Both the position numbers and the translations under genes were made by a program. Positions 21,118 to 30,844 of a stretch of 64,000 nucleotides of DNA are shown here, piece after piece. Origin of the DNA: Nitrospira sp. (GTDB lineage Bacteria > Nitrospirota > Nitrospiria > Nitrospirales > Nitrospiraceae); NCBI GenBank assembly GCA_016788885.1, contig JAEURX010000013.1, forward strand, positions 59,820 through 123,819, read 5' to 3'. The notes under the pieces are model-generated. The model was given only the letters and a program-made list of their open reading frames with translations. It was not told the origin of the DNA and made no database searches. The number at the start of each line of letters is the position of its first letter. The first letter of the stretch is position 1.

Positions 21118-22917
21118 ATGATCCGCTCAACTGTGTGTGCACTGCCGTGCGGTGACATGAATCAAGGGGCCACATCTACACAGGGGACGCGCCGCCTTGG
21201 CCGGTATGACCAGCTCGTCCGACAGGGATTTCTTCGGCAAGAGGAACTGGCGGTCAGTGTGTCGGAAGCAGCTCGTAAACGGCTCGACGCGGCCACGTTT
21301 CTCATGGATCGGTATCGCATTCCCAAACCGGCCATCGGTGCTGCGCTGGCGGAATTCTATCGTTGCCCGTTTCTTGACGATGATGAGCGCATGGTCGTCG
21401 ACCGGGATTTGTTGAAGAACCTGAGTTTCGATTATCTCCGCATGAATCATTGGATGCCGCTTCGACGCCAAGGCACGGGAGTCGAAGTGTTGATCGACGA
21501 TCCTCACGATGCCGACAAAATCCTTGATGTGCGTCGGGCGTTTCCGGGACAGGCCATTTCTTACCGCGTGGGCTTGCGAGCGGACATTGAGCGTGTTCTC
21601 GGTACGGCGTCCGGGCGCGAAGTCGGCGATCCGATTACCGACATCCTCGGTGAACTGGTGAGCGAAGCGCAGTTGGAAGAGCAGCAGAATGCGACGATCG
21701 CAGCGATCACCGAAAACGATTCCGCCATCGTTCGGCTTGCGAATCAGATCATTGCGGAGGCGTATCGGCGCGGGGCATCCGATATCCATATCGAGCCCTA
21801 TGCCGACCGCAAGGAAACGGCGGTGCGCTTTCGTGTCGACGGCACATGCTTCACCTATATGAAGATTCCGGCCGCGTATCGCCGGGCAATCGTATCCCGC
21901 GTGAAAATTATGGCCAGCCTGGATATTGCCGAGCGGAGAAAGCCTCAAGATGGGAAGATTCGATTCAAACTGACCACCGGGCAAGAGATTGAATTGCGAG
22001 TCGCGACACTGCCTACGGCAGGGTTTAACGAAGATGTGGTGATTAGGCTCCTGAGTGCCAACGGGCCTCGGCGTCTCGAAGAGCTCGAGTTCAGTGATGA
22101 GACCCGTCGATTGGTTGGCGCGTTGGCTGAGAAGCCGCACGGAATTGTGTTGTGCGCAGGGCCGACAGGCTCAGGGAAGACCACGACCTTGCATGCCATC
22201 CTGGCGTCCATCAATACGGACGAACGCAAGATTTGGACGGCGGAAGACCCGATCGAAATTACACAGGACGGATTACGGCAGGTGCAGGTGCATCCCAAGA
22301 TCGGCCTGACGTTTGCCACTACCATGCGGGCGTTTTTGCGGGCGGATCCGGATGTGATTATGATTGGAGAAATGCGGGACAAGGAAACGGCGGATATTGC
22401 CATTGAAGCGTCCCTGACGGGGCATCTGGTCTTCAGCACCATTCATACGAATAGCGCAGTGGAAACGGTCGTGCGATTGCTCGATTTGGGCTGTGATCCG
22501 TTCAATTTTTCTGATGCCATGCTGGGTGTGTTGGCCATGCGGTTGTGCAAACGCATCTGTCCTCATTGCCGTGAAGCGTACGAGCCGACCCGCGACGAAT
22601 ATGAGGAGTTGGTTCACGCGTTCGGAGTCGAAGAGTGGGAGCGCAGCCACCCTGCATGTCAGACGACGCCCACCTTGTATCGTGGGCGTGGATGTGAGGC
22701 ATGCAATCAAAGCGGCTATCGCGGCCGGGTGCCCATCCATGAACTCATGGTGGTCTCTGATCGCATGAAGACGCTCATTCAGACACGAACGCGCACCGGC
22801 GAATTGTTAGCCCTGGCGAAGCGTGAAGGCATGAAGACTTTGCTTCAGGATGGGATCGAAAAAGTCCTGCAGGGACTCACGACCTATAAGCAGGTTCGAG
22901 CGGTTGCCATCAAATAG
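21118..22917 (+). CDS. pilB: PilB/GspE-family assembly ATPase
   Basis: ASDIHIEP, LDIAERRKPQDG, Walker A GPTGSGKTT, DPDVIMIGE and tetracysteine CPHC/CEAC. Confidence 0.9.
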   Translation: MIRSTVCALPCGDMNQGATSTQGTRRLGRYDQLVRQGFLRQEELAVSVSEAARKRLDAATFLMDRYRIPKPAIGAALAEFYRCPFLDDDERMVVDRDLLKNLSFDYLRMNHWMPLRRQGTGVEVLIDDPHDADKILDVRRAFPGQAISYRVGLRADIERVLGTASGREVGDPITDILGELVSEAQLEEQQNATIAAITENDSAIVRLANQIIAEAYRRGASDIHIEPYADRKETAVRFRVDGTCFTYMKIPAAYRRAIVSRVKIMASLDIAERRKPQDGKIRFKLTTGQEIELRVATLPTAGFNEDVVIRLLSANGPRRLEELEFSDETRRLVGALAEKPHGIVLCAGPTGSGKTTTLHAILASINTDERKIWTAEDPIEITQDGLRQVQVHPKIGLTFATTMRAFLRADPDVIMIGEMRDKETADIAIEASLTGHLVFSTIHTNSAVETVVRLLDLGCDPFNFSDAMLGVLAMRLCKRICPHCREAYEPTRDEYEELVHAFGVEEWERSHPACQTTPTLYRGRGCEACNQSGYRGRVPIHELMVVSDRMKTLIQTRTRTGELLALAKREGMKTLLQDGIEKVLQGLTTYKQVRAVAIK

Positions 22918-23204
22918 CCCATTCCCATCCTGTGCAACGACACGTTGTTTTCCGTTAAAGGTTGTTCCTTTTCAGGAATCGTCAAGATGTAATCCGACCA
23001 CGCTGAACTGGGCTACAGGTTGTCGGGGAAGCCCCCGCTGCTCAACCTGCACGTTTTCTCCAGATGGGCTCGTGAGCACCCGTGTCACTTCGATTTCTGG
23101 CCAGTCTCCACGAACAAGATCGCAAACGTCTCGACAAAAATTGTCATCTACTGGACCTCGGAGCGCTCGGAATTGTACGCCTGGCTCCGAGAGCGGGACA
23201 GATA

Positions 23205-23217
23205 AATCAAAGAGTTA
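23205..23217 (+). promoter_or_regulatory. IHF-binding site
   Basis: AATCAAAGAGTTA matches WATCAANNNNTTR exactly, about 25 bp upstream of the sigma54 motif. Confidence 0.6.
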
Positions 23218-23241
23218 TGTGATGTGGAGGGTGTGTCGCAA

Positions 23242-23258
23242 TCGGCATAGCACTTGCT
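23242..23258 (+). promoter_or_regulatory. sigma54 -24/-12 promoter for pilin cassette 2
   Basis: TCGGCATAGCACTTGCT with GG and GC exactly 12 nt apart. Confidence 0.75.
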
Positions 23259-23273
23259 CATCTGCCTGTCGCT

Positions 23274-23750
23274 ATGTGTAGCCGCCGCTACCAGTCAAGA
23301 ACTGTCGTTGCCTGCTCGCAGGCGGGCTTTACCCTGATCGAAGTGATGATCGCGGTCGCGATCGTAGGCATCCTGGCCATGGTTGCCGTGCCGAACTATC
23401 TCCAATGGAATGCGCGCTATCAGCTGAAGCAAGGCACGACAGAATTGGCGGGCAGTCTGAATCTTGCCCGTATGGCAGCGATGAACCGCAATCTTGCGGT
23501 GACGGTGACGCTCACGCTCGTATCCGGAAGAGTGAATGTGGATTTCGGGGGCGCGCTCGCGCCCATCCTCCTGCCTCAGGCGATTGTTGGATTTACCGGC
23601 GGTCCGACGGTGCAATTCACGAGGCAAGGGCTGAGCGGGTCAGCGGCGAACGTGCCCCTCACCTTAGTCTCACAGCAGGGAACAGTGTACTCCCTAGTTA
23701 TCACACCGGCAGGCAAAGTGAATTGGTGTGCGCACGCGACCTGTCCCTAG
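23274..23750 (+). CDS. fimT: FimT/FimU-like minor pilin (cassette 2)
   Basis: AG|FTLIEVMI prepilin motif, LNLARMAAM helix and C-terminal TPAGKV. Confidence 0.85.
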   Translation: MCSRRYQSRTVVACSQAGFTLIEVMIAVAIVGILAMVAVPNYLQWNARYQLKQGTTELAGSLNLARMAAMNRNLAVTVTLTLVSGRVNVDFGGALAPILLPQAIVGFTGGPTVQFTRQGLSGSAANVPLTLVSQQGTVYSLVITPAGKVNWCAHATCP

Positions 23751-23766
23751 AGGCTGACTAACGCGC

Positions 23767-24282
23767 ATGGAAACAGACAAACAACAATTCGCTTCCGCAG
23801 CGTGTCTCCAACGAGGATTTACTTTGTTGGAAGCCATGGTTGCGGCAGGAGTGCTCTCCGTCGGGCTGTTGGGTTTGGCGGGATTGTCGGGGATGTCGTT
23901 GGGGAAAAATGTCGATGCGAACGACATGTCCCGCGTGACAAACCTCGCGGCGGATATGGCAGAGCGCATTCAGAGCAACCGGCAGCGTGTGCTCGATTAC
24001 AACGGGACGGCGACGAATGCAGCCTGTACACAGAGCGTCAGTACACAACGTATGGCCTGGGGCGACTGTGTGCAATGGTCCACGTTGGTAGCGAACTCGG
24101 GCCTGTTGACGGCCGTTGGCACAGTGGCCGTAACGCGGCTTGATCCGGATCCTGTTGCGAACCCTGTCACGATGAATCGATTTTTGGTCACGATCACGAT
24201 GAACTGGCAAACCAGACGGAATGATGTGAGTACCGTTCGCAACAAGACGGCTTTGTTCACCACGATCGTTGCGCCTGAATAA
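23767..24282 (+). CDS. pilV: PilV-like minor pilin (cassette 2)
   Basis: RG|FTLLEAMV and LAADMAERIQSN. Confidence 0.85.
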   Translation: METDKQQFASAACLQRGFTLLEAMVAAGVLSVGLLGLAGLSGMSLGKNVDANDMSRVTNLAADMAERIQSNRQRVLDYNGTATNAACTQSVSTQRMAWGDCVQWSTLVANSGLLTAVGTVAVTRLDPDPVANPVTMNRFLVTITMNWQTRRNDVSTVRNKTALFTTIVAPE

Positions 24283-24303
24283 AGAGAGTCTGGGGGCAAG
24301 ACT

Positions 24304-25404
24304 ATGCGCCGACTACGAGAAAACCAGCAGGGCTTCACGCTCGTGGAGTTGATGGCGGCGGTGTTGATCACGGTGATCATCGTTGCGGCGATGATGACGA
24401 CGGTCGTGACATCGAATCGTGCCAATGTCGTGAATAGTCAGGTAGCCGACACCCAGCAGAATGTGCGGCTAGCAATCGATCTGTTGAGTCGCGACATTAA
24501 GCTGGCGGGTTTCAATTACAACGCCACCGATCCAGCCACCACCGCGGTGGGGGCTTGTAATGCGACCATCGGCGCCGTGACTTGGCCGGTCGGCCTGCTT
24601 CCACAGGACCAATCGCCCAATGCCGCAGATACTGGCCCTGATGGTGTGTCGATGGTGCTCCCGGTGCTCAATGCCGGGTGGACCCTCACGGCGATAGCCG
24701 GTGGTACGGCCAATGCGTCCTCTTTGGACAATTCGATCACTCTTTCAGCGGCCGCGATCACCGAAATGAGCGCTCGGGGCCTGGCCGTCAATTCGACCAT
24801 TTCGATCGGGGGCGCTCTAACAAAGACCGTCAAAAGCATCACTGCAACGACCATCGGTTTCGGCGCCGGGAATAACGTGACCGGACAGTTTCCCATCGGC
24901 ACACCCGTATATTTGCTGCAATGCGTCCGTTACCAAATTATTGCCAACACGCCGGCGACCTGCGGGAGCGATGCCCCCTGTCTGGTTCGAGACAATGTAC
25001 CGCTCGTCGATGGCGTGGAAGACCTGCAAGTCACGTATGCCTGCGACGGATGCAACCAGGTGGCGCCGAATCCCCAGGGTGCGGACGGAATCATCGACGA
25101 TCAAGATGGCTCCTCATCTGGCGGCATTCCGACATTTTCGCAAGGGGACTTTGTCTCCAACGGATCTTGGGCGATTTCGCCCAGGACACCGGACAAGATC
25201 AGAATGGCGCAGGTGAGCCTCGTCGTCAGGCCGACGAAGGCGGACGACGGTCTTGATGAGAAGGGGACGAAAGCCGTCAACACGACGGGGCCGGTCATTG
25301 TCGGGGATCACGATCCCTCAGCAGACGCAGGCTATGACGCGCAGGTCTATCAGCACCAACGCAGGCGGGTGGTGATCCGTACGATCCAGCCAAGGAACCT
25401 GTAA
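24304..25404 (+). CDS. pilW: PilW-like minor pilin (cassette 2)
   Basis: QG|FTLVELM, RDIKLAGF, LVDGVEDLQVTY and C-terminal TIQPRNL. Confidence 0.85.
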   Translation: MRRLRENQQGFTLVELMAAVLITVIIVAAMMTTVVTSNRANVVNSQVADTQQNVRLAIDLLSRDIKLAGFNYNATDPATTAVGACNATIGAVTWPVGLLPQDQSPNAADTGPDGVSMVLPVLNAGWTLTAIAGGTANASSLDNSITLSAAAITEMSARGLAVNSTISIGGALTKTVKSITATTIGFGAGNNVTGQFPIGTPVYLLQCVRYQIIANTPATCGSDAPCLVRDNVPLVDGVEDLQVTYACDGCNQVAPNPQGADGIIDDQDGSSSGGIPTFSQGDFVSNGSWAISPRTPDKIRMAQVSLVVRPTKADDGLDEKGTKAVNTTGPVIVGDHDPSADAGYDAQVYQHQRRRVVIRTIQPRNL

Positions 25405-26051
25405 TGAGAAGAGTCGCAATGAACGTGCCGCAAGCATCCATGACACGAGACGTGAAAGACGAGATACGCATGACAGGACAGCAAGGCATCGCATTGCTGA
25501 CAGTCATGCTGATGTTACTGATTCTGTCTATCCTCGGTATTGCCTCGATCACCGTCACGAGCATGGAAAACCGGATGGCCGGGTTTTTTCGCACGACCGA
25601 AGCCGTCGTGGCGGCAGCCGATTCCTGTGAAGGCCTCGGGGTGAACATTATTCAGCAAACGCTCTCCGGGCCAGGAATCCTTCCAACAGCATTCGTTGCG
25701 CCGACGGGACCTGTACCTTCCGCCAATGCCACCATTCTCTGGGATGAGATAAATGGCTTCGGGCCGCTTCCGTCACCCGCGCCACCGGGAACATTGGCTG
25801 AAAACTATGCGGACTCTGCGGCATCGGAACCTAATTTTGTCATGACCAACATTCCAGGATTTACGGTCAACGGCGACATTGATCGCCTCTATAGCCATCC
25901 CAAAGCCGCACAAGGCAGTGGGCAGATTTCAACGGAAAACGTCTATCGCATTACTTGCACCGCGACTAACGCGGCGACCGGATCGAGTAGTACGGTGATG
26001 TCAGTCTATGGGTGTTTAGTCGGCGACACCTGTGTGAAAAAAGTCAACTGA
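25404..26051 (+). CDS. pilX: PilX-like minor pilin (cassette 2)
   Basis: QG|IALLTVML, TSMENRMAG and YRITCTA. Confidence 0.8.
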   Translation: MRRVAMNVPQASMTRDVKDEIRMTGQQGIALLTVMLMLLILSILGIASITVTSMENRMAGFFRTTEAVVAAADSCEGLGVNIIQQTLSGPGILPTAFVAPTGPVPSANATILWDEINGFGPLPSPAPPGTLAENYADSAASEPNFVMTNIPGFTVNGDIDRLYSHPKAAQGSGQISTENVYRITCTATNAATGSSSTVMSVYGCLVGDTCVKKVN

Positions 26052-26064
26052 GGGGAGAGAGGTC

Positions 26065-26385
26065 ATGATTCGCACGATTCTCCTTGGAATAGTCGGGCTG
26101 GTGATGCTGGTGCCAGTTGGATCGGATTCGGTCTATGCCGACACTGAGCAGAGCCAGGAGGCGATGCTGTTTTCGACGGTCGGGTTTCAGTCCGGTGTGA
26201 TTAATGAGGTGCAGGGCTCAACGATTCGGATCGACGGGCGGACCTATGTGTTGAAGGCCACAGTGGTGGTCGTGACCCATAAGGGCCAGCCCTTGGAACT
26301 GGAGCGAATCATCCCGACCTCGCTCGTCAAATTTCATCTGAAAGAAGGCCACATCGACAAGATGATGGTCACCCTGCCGCAATAG
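26065..26385 (+). CDS. Small exported beta-rich protein, PilY2-like
   Basis: Signal peptide; 'GVINEVQGSTIRIDGRTY' resembles PilY2; sits between pilX and pilY1. Confidence 0.55.
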   Translation: MIRTILLGIVGLVMLVPVGSDSVYADTEQSQEAMLFSTVGFQSGVINEVQGSTIRIDGRTYVLKATVVVVTHKGQPLELERIIPTSLVKFHLKEGHIDKMMVTLPQ

Positions 26386-26461
26386 CGCATGAAAGGTCTT
26401 GTCTCAACTCGTAGCCACACCATGGTGCTGTTGTCCTGTTTGAGATGAGGAGGAAGCACGC

Positions 26462-29400
26462 ATGAATCGCCGAACGTTTGCCTCGCTGATCATTCTTGCT
26501 GGTGGTCTCAGTGCCGGTCTGTTTAGCTCCGGCGATGCGGCAGCCGTCGTCTCGAATGCGGATTACACCGCGGTGCCACCCTTTGTCTCAAGCACAACGA
26601 CGCCGAATATCATCATCCTGATGGATAATTCCGGCAGTATGAGTAATCGTGCCTGCGAATCCACCTCCTGTGGCACATTAGCGGATGGAAGCACCTCCAC
26701 CTCCACGACATGGACCAATACCACCCGTTATTCAGGCTACTTTGATTCCCTCAGTTGCTATACCTACAACACGACTGACAAGAGATTTGAAAGTGCCACC
26801 GCAAAAGCATACGTGTACACGGCTTGTTCGACGACGGAATGGGATGGCAATTTTTTGAATTGGGCGACACTGCGCCGGTTTGATGCGGTGAAACGGGCGA
26901 TGATCGGCGGAGATTGTTTCAGCACCAGGGCTGCGGATGGGACCTGTCCGACCAGCGGGACCCCGGCCCTCAAGACCGTTCGGGCGCAAGCTTCGGGGCT
27001 GAACAATGAACGAGCAGATGTCAATTATGGAGGCGGGACCGGAGCCAATACCTATGTGGGACGTATTCCGTTGGCCGATCGAGGCAGTAATAAGGACCCC
27101 ATATCGATTCATGTCTCGGATGCATATTTCTGCGTTGAGGACGATACAAACTTCAACAGCAACTGTGGCGATTCTTATAGTGTTCGTAAATACGAACTGA
27201 AGATCGGGTACTCGGTCGAGCCAACTGGCGTGATTCAACAGATCGGCAGCAAAGCCCGTTTCGGTCTGATGGAGTTTAAGTCCAGCAGCGAAGGGGCACG
27301 TATGCTGGTGAGCGCCGGATCGCGGCAGTCGATCGATTGGTCTGGTACGGGAGTCGAAACGTTCAATACAAATATGGCAGCGATGGTGGATGCGGTGCAG
27401 GAGTCTTACCCGTCGACGTGGACGCCATTGAGCGAGGCCCTCTATGAAACGGCGCGGTATACCGCTCAGATCCAATCTACCTTTGCGGCTGGGTATGTCT
27501 ATCCGATCGCATTTTCCGGGGGCATTTCAAATGGTGTGAATTTCGCCACGAGCGGCGCCGGTTCTATCGGGACGAGTGAAATTTCGGCATTGGTTGGCAC
27601 TGAAACCTGTCCTTCCGGGTATATCAGCAATGCCTGCGGGCGCGACCCCTATTTCTTCGGACAAAACCATACGCCGCCTTGGGCCTCGACGTCTCAGGTC
27701 GTGAATTGTTGTCGCACATTCGTCATCCTTTTTACGGATGGCGAACCGACGCAAGATCAAAGTATCCCTTCGGCGCTTCAGGATTATGCCCACGCCCATC
27801 ACGGCCAGCACTGTAACGGCGCTGATGGGGCGGCACCGCCCAGACCAATCAATGGCACCTGCAATACCAATGCGGCGACACCGTTCAGCGATCTACTGGC
27901 AGAGCACAAGACTGACTACGCTGATAGCGGTAGTCACTACTTGGACGATGTAGCCTATTGGGCGCACACCAGCGATCTGCGTCCTTGTAGTGGAGCGAGT
28001 GATGGTACGATTGCTGGGTTATTGGTGACCGGACATTGCATCGCCGGGACGCAGAACCTGACCGTGTATTCGTTTTTTGCCTTTGGCAACATGAATGGCC
28101 GAGGAATTCTCGCGCAAACCGCTCGGCTGGGCGGATTTGAGGATGCGAACGGCGATGGGATCCCGCAGACCTCGGAGTGGGACAAAGAGAACAATTTGAC
28201 CGGGGCCTCCACTCCCGACGGCATTCCTGACGCCTATTTTGAATCCTCCAATGTCGATGACCTCCAGGACAAATTGCTGGCCACCATCGCGAGTATTCTC
28301 CGGCGGAGCGCCTCCGGATCTTCCGTGTCCGTGCTCGCGACCGCCTCGACCGGAGAAGGGGCCTTGTACCAATCGTACTTCTATCCCAGCACTATCGAGC
28401 CTTCGACGCTGAGTGATGTGAAATGGACAGGGTATACGCAGGCACTGTTCATCGACACCTTCGGCAACACTCGTGAGGATACGAATCAAGATGGCCGCCT
28501 CGACTATAAGGTCGACAAAATCATTAAGACACGCTTTGATTCACTTTCCAACTCGGTCAAGGTCGATAAATATGTCGATACGGACGGCGACGGCTTACCG
28601 AACGATCAGAATAGCGACGGTACTGTGACGTTGGCGGACTGTAGCCCCTGCGGAAACGTGCTGAGCGATATCCTGCCCATTTGGGAAGCCGGCAAACAGC
28701 TGGCCTTGAGAGATGCGTCGACTCGTAACATTCTGACGTGGGTCGACTCCGACCATGATGGAGTGGTTGACTCCGGTGAACAGATGGCGTTTTCAACGGC
28801 GAACGAGCCGACACTTCGTCCGTATTTACGTGCTACATCGAGCACGGAAGGTACCAAAATCATCAACTTTGTGCGTGGATGCGATGCCACGACGTGTATC
28901 GAGCAGGCGGCGACCAGAGATCGCCGTCTCCAGGTCCCGCCCGGAAGCAGTACGCTCAAGGTGTGGAAGCTCGGCGATGTGATTCACTCGACGCCGACCG
29001 TGGTGGCCGGACCCAAAGACCGGCACGATGCGATTTATGGAGACCAGAGTTACGCGGCGTTCTTGCAGAAATGGTACAACCGCAGGCAGGTCGCCTATGT
29101 CGGGGGCAACGACGGCATGCTGCATGCGTTCAACGCCGGGTATTACCATCCCGGTGACGACACGAGCGCCTCTGCCCCTGCCAGCACTACTGAGCACGGC
29201 TGGTTCACCACGGCTCCTGCAGACAACTCCACGGGTGCGCCATTAGGAGAGGAGTTGTGGGGATTCGTGCCCTATGAACTCCTGCCGCAGTTAGAGTTTC
29301 TGAGTCGAGCGGATTATCAACATACCTATTACGTCGATTTGCCGCTCAAGGTAGCCGACGTGCGGATCTTTACCGCCGATACTGATCATCCCAACGGTTG

Positions 29401-30844
29401 GGGTACCATCCTCATCGGCGGGTTCAGAATGGGAGGAAGCTGCGGTGCTTGTACTGCAGGTAGCGGTGCGCCGCCGATGACCGTCAATATCAGTGGAACC
29501 AACTACAATTTTTACAGCGCGTATTTCGCGATGGATATCACGAACCCCGACAGCCCCAAACTGTTGTGGTCGTTCAGCAGTGCCGATTTGGGATTGTCGA
29601 CCAGTGTCCCGGCGGTGGTCCGCGTGAATCCCGGGGCTGATGCCAAAGCCAGCAATACCAATGCAAAGTGGTACATGGTCGTCGGATCGGGTCCGACCGG
29701 CTATGACGCGAGCGTGGCGCAAGGCGCCAAAGTGTTTGCCATCGACCTTTCGACAGGACCCGGAAGCAGCAATAGCCTGGTGACTACGTATTCCATAGGC
29801 TCATGGGACTCGTATATCGGAGATATGACGGCCTTTGATCGAGACCTCGATTATCGTCATGACGTCGTCTACTTCGGGCGAGTGATTAACGATGGCGTTC
29901 CCCCATGGAGAGGAAAGATCTATCGCTTGACGATGGGTGCTGGGGGAGCCACGTCGAAGTTCGGCACCGTGACGAATCCTGCGCAGTGGGGGATCGCGTC
30001 CGGGAGTGCCCGGGTGCCGACGGAAATGTTAGACACGTTTGCCTCCGGAGCGGAGATGGGGCCGGTGGCGAGCGCTCCCTCCGTGACGACCGATGACGCC
30101 GCGAATGTGTGGGTGTTTGTCGGGAGCGGACGCTACTACAGCAAGTCCGATAAGACGGACACATCCATCCAGTATTTTGTCGGTATGAAAGATTCCGTGC
30201 TCAATGCCGGATGCAACCAATCAAGCGGTATCACCAACTGTATGGACAATGATCTTGTAGATGTATCCAATGCCACCGTCTGTGTAGTGGGTGTCGGCGA
30301 CTGCGGCCTGGCAAGCGGTACCAATCAGGTGTCCGGTGTGACCGGCGCAACCACCTTTACGGGACTGATCGGCCTCGTCCAGAGCAAGGACGGGTGGGTC
30401 ACCAGGCTGGTCGAGCCTGCTAACCCGCCGACCAAGCCTGCTCCGTATGGCATCGGCGAGCGGGCGGTGAGCAGCCCGACGGTCTTCGGAGGAGTGGTAT
30501 TTTTCCCCACGTTTATTCCGACCAACGACATCTGCGTCTCCTCAGGAACCAGCCGGCTCTGGGCGTTGTTTTACAAGACCGGAAGCGCCTATCAAGAGCC
30601 GATTATCGGTACGACGGCATCGGGCACGAATCAGATCGTGAATAAATTTGCCTCCCTCGGAGAGGGATTAGCATTCGGTGTGGTGGTTCACATGGGGTCC
30701 GGCGGGGACGGTGGCAGTCCGTTCGGGTTAAAGATCCAAAAAAGCACTGGCGAGTTGGATGACTGCACCAATGCCTGCGGCTCTGGTGGTCCTAAAGTTG
30801 CGATCGATCCGCGGAGTAGATTTTTCTCATGGACAAACCAGTGA
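26462..30844 (+). CDS. pilY1: PilY1/PilC pilus adhesin, 1460 aa
   Basis: Signal peptide, MIDAS-like LMDNSGSM, propeller motifs LGDVIHSTP, VGGNDGMLHAF and ELWGFVP, several DxDxDG loops. Confidence 0.92.
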   Translation: MNRRTFASLIILAGGLSAGLFSSGDAAAVVSNADYTAVPPFVSSTTTPNIIILMDNSGSMSNRACESTSCGTLADGSTSTSTTWTNTTRYSGYFDSLSCYTYNTTDKRFESATAKAYVYTACSTTEWDGNFLNWATLRRFDAVKRAMIGGDCFSTRAADGTCPTSGTPALKTVRAQASGLNNERADVNYGGGTGANTYVGRIPLADRGSNKDPISIHVSDAYFCVEDDTNFNSNCGDSYSVRKYELKIGYSVEPTGVIQQIGSKARFGLMEFKSSSEGARMLVSAGSRQSIDWSGTGVETFNTNMAAMVDAVQESYPSTWTPLSEALYETARYTAQIQSTFAAGYVYPIAFSGGISNGVNFATSGAGSIGTSEISALVGTETCPSGYISNACGRDPYFFGQNHTPPWASTSQVVNCCRTFVILFTDGEPTQDQSIPSALQDYAHAHHGQHCNGADGAAPPRPINGTCNTNAATPFSDLLAEHKTDYADSGSHYLDDVAYWAHTSDLRPCSGASDGTIAGLLVTGHCIAGTQNLTVYSFFAFGNMNGRGILAQTARLGGFEDANGDGIPQTSEWDKENNLTGASTPDGIPDAYFESSNVDDLQDKLLATIASILRRSASGSSVSVLATASTGEGALYQSYFYPSTIEPSTLSDVKWTGYTQALFIDTFGNTREDTNQDGRLDYKVDKIIKTRFDSLSNSVKVDKYVDTDGDGLPNDQNSDGTVTLADCSPCGNVLSDILPIWEAGKQLALRDASTRNILTWVDSDHDGVVDSGEQMAFSTANEPTLRPYLRATSSTEGTKIINFVRGCDATTCIEQAATRDRRLQVPPGSSTLKVWKLGDVIHSTPTVVAGPKDRHDAIYGDQSYAAFLQKWYNRRQVAYVGGNDGMLHAFNAGYYHPGDDTSASAPASTTEHGWFTTAPADNSTGAPLGEELWGFVPYELLPQLEFLSRADYQHTYYVDLPLKVADVRIFTADTDHPNGWGTILIGGFRMGGSCGACTAGSGAPPMTVNISGTNYNFYSAYFAMDITNPDSPKLLWSFSSADLGLSTSVPAVVRVNPGADAKASNTNAKWYMVVGSGPTGYDASVAQGAKVFAIDLSTGPGSSNSLVTTYSIGSWDSYIGDMTAFDRDLDYRHDVVYFGRVINDGVPPWRGKIYRLTMGAGGATSKFGTVTNPAQWGIASGSARVPTEMLDTFASGAEMGPVASAPSVTTDDAANVWVFVGSGRYYSKSDKTDTSIQYFVGMKDSVLNAGCNQSSGITNCMDNDLVDVSNATVCVVGVGDCGLASGTNQVSGVTGATTFTGLIGLVQSKDGWVTRLVEPANPPTKPAPYGIGERAVSSPTVFGGVVFFPTFIPTNDICVSSGTSRLWALFYKTGSAYQEPIIGTTASGTNQIVNKFASLGEGLAFGVVVHMGSGGDGGSPFGLKIQKSTGELDDCTNACGSGGPKVAIDPRSRFFSWTNQ

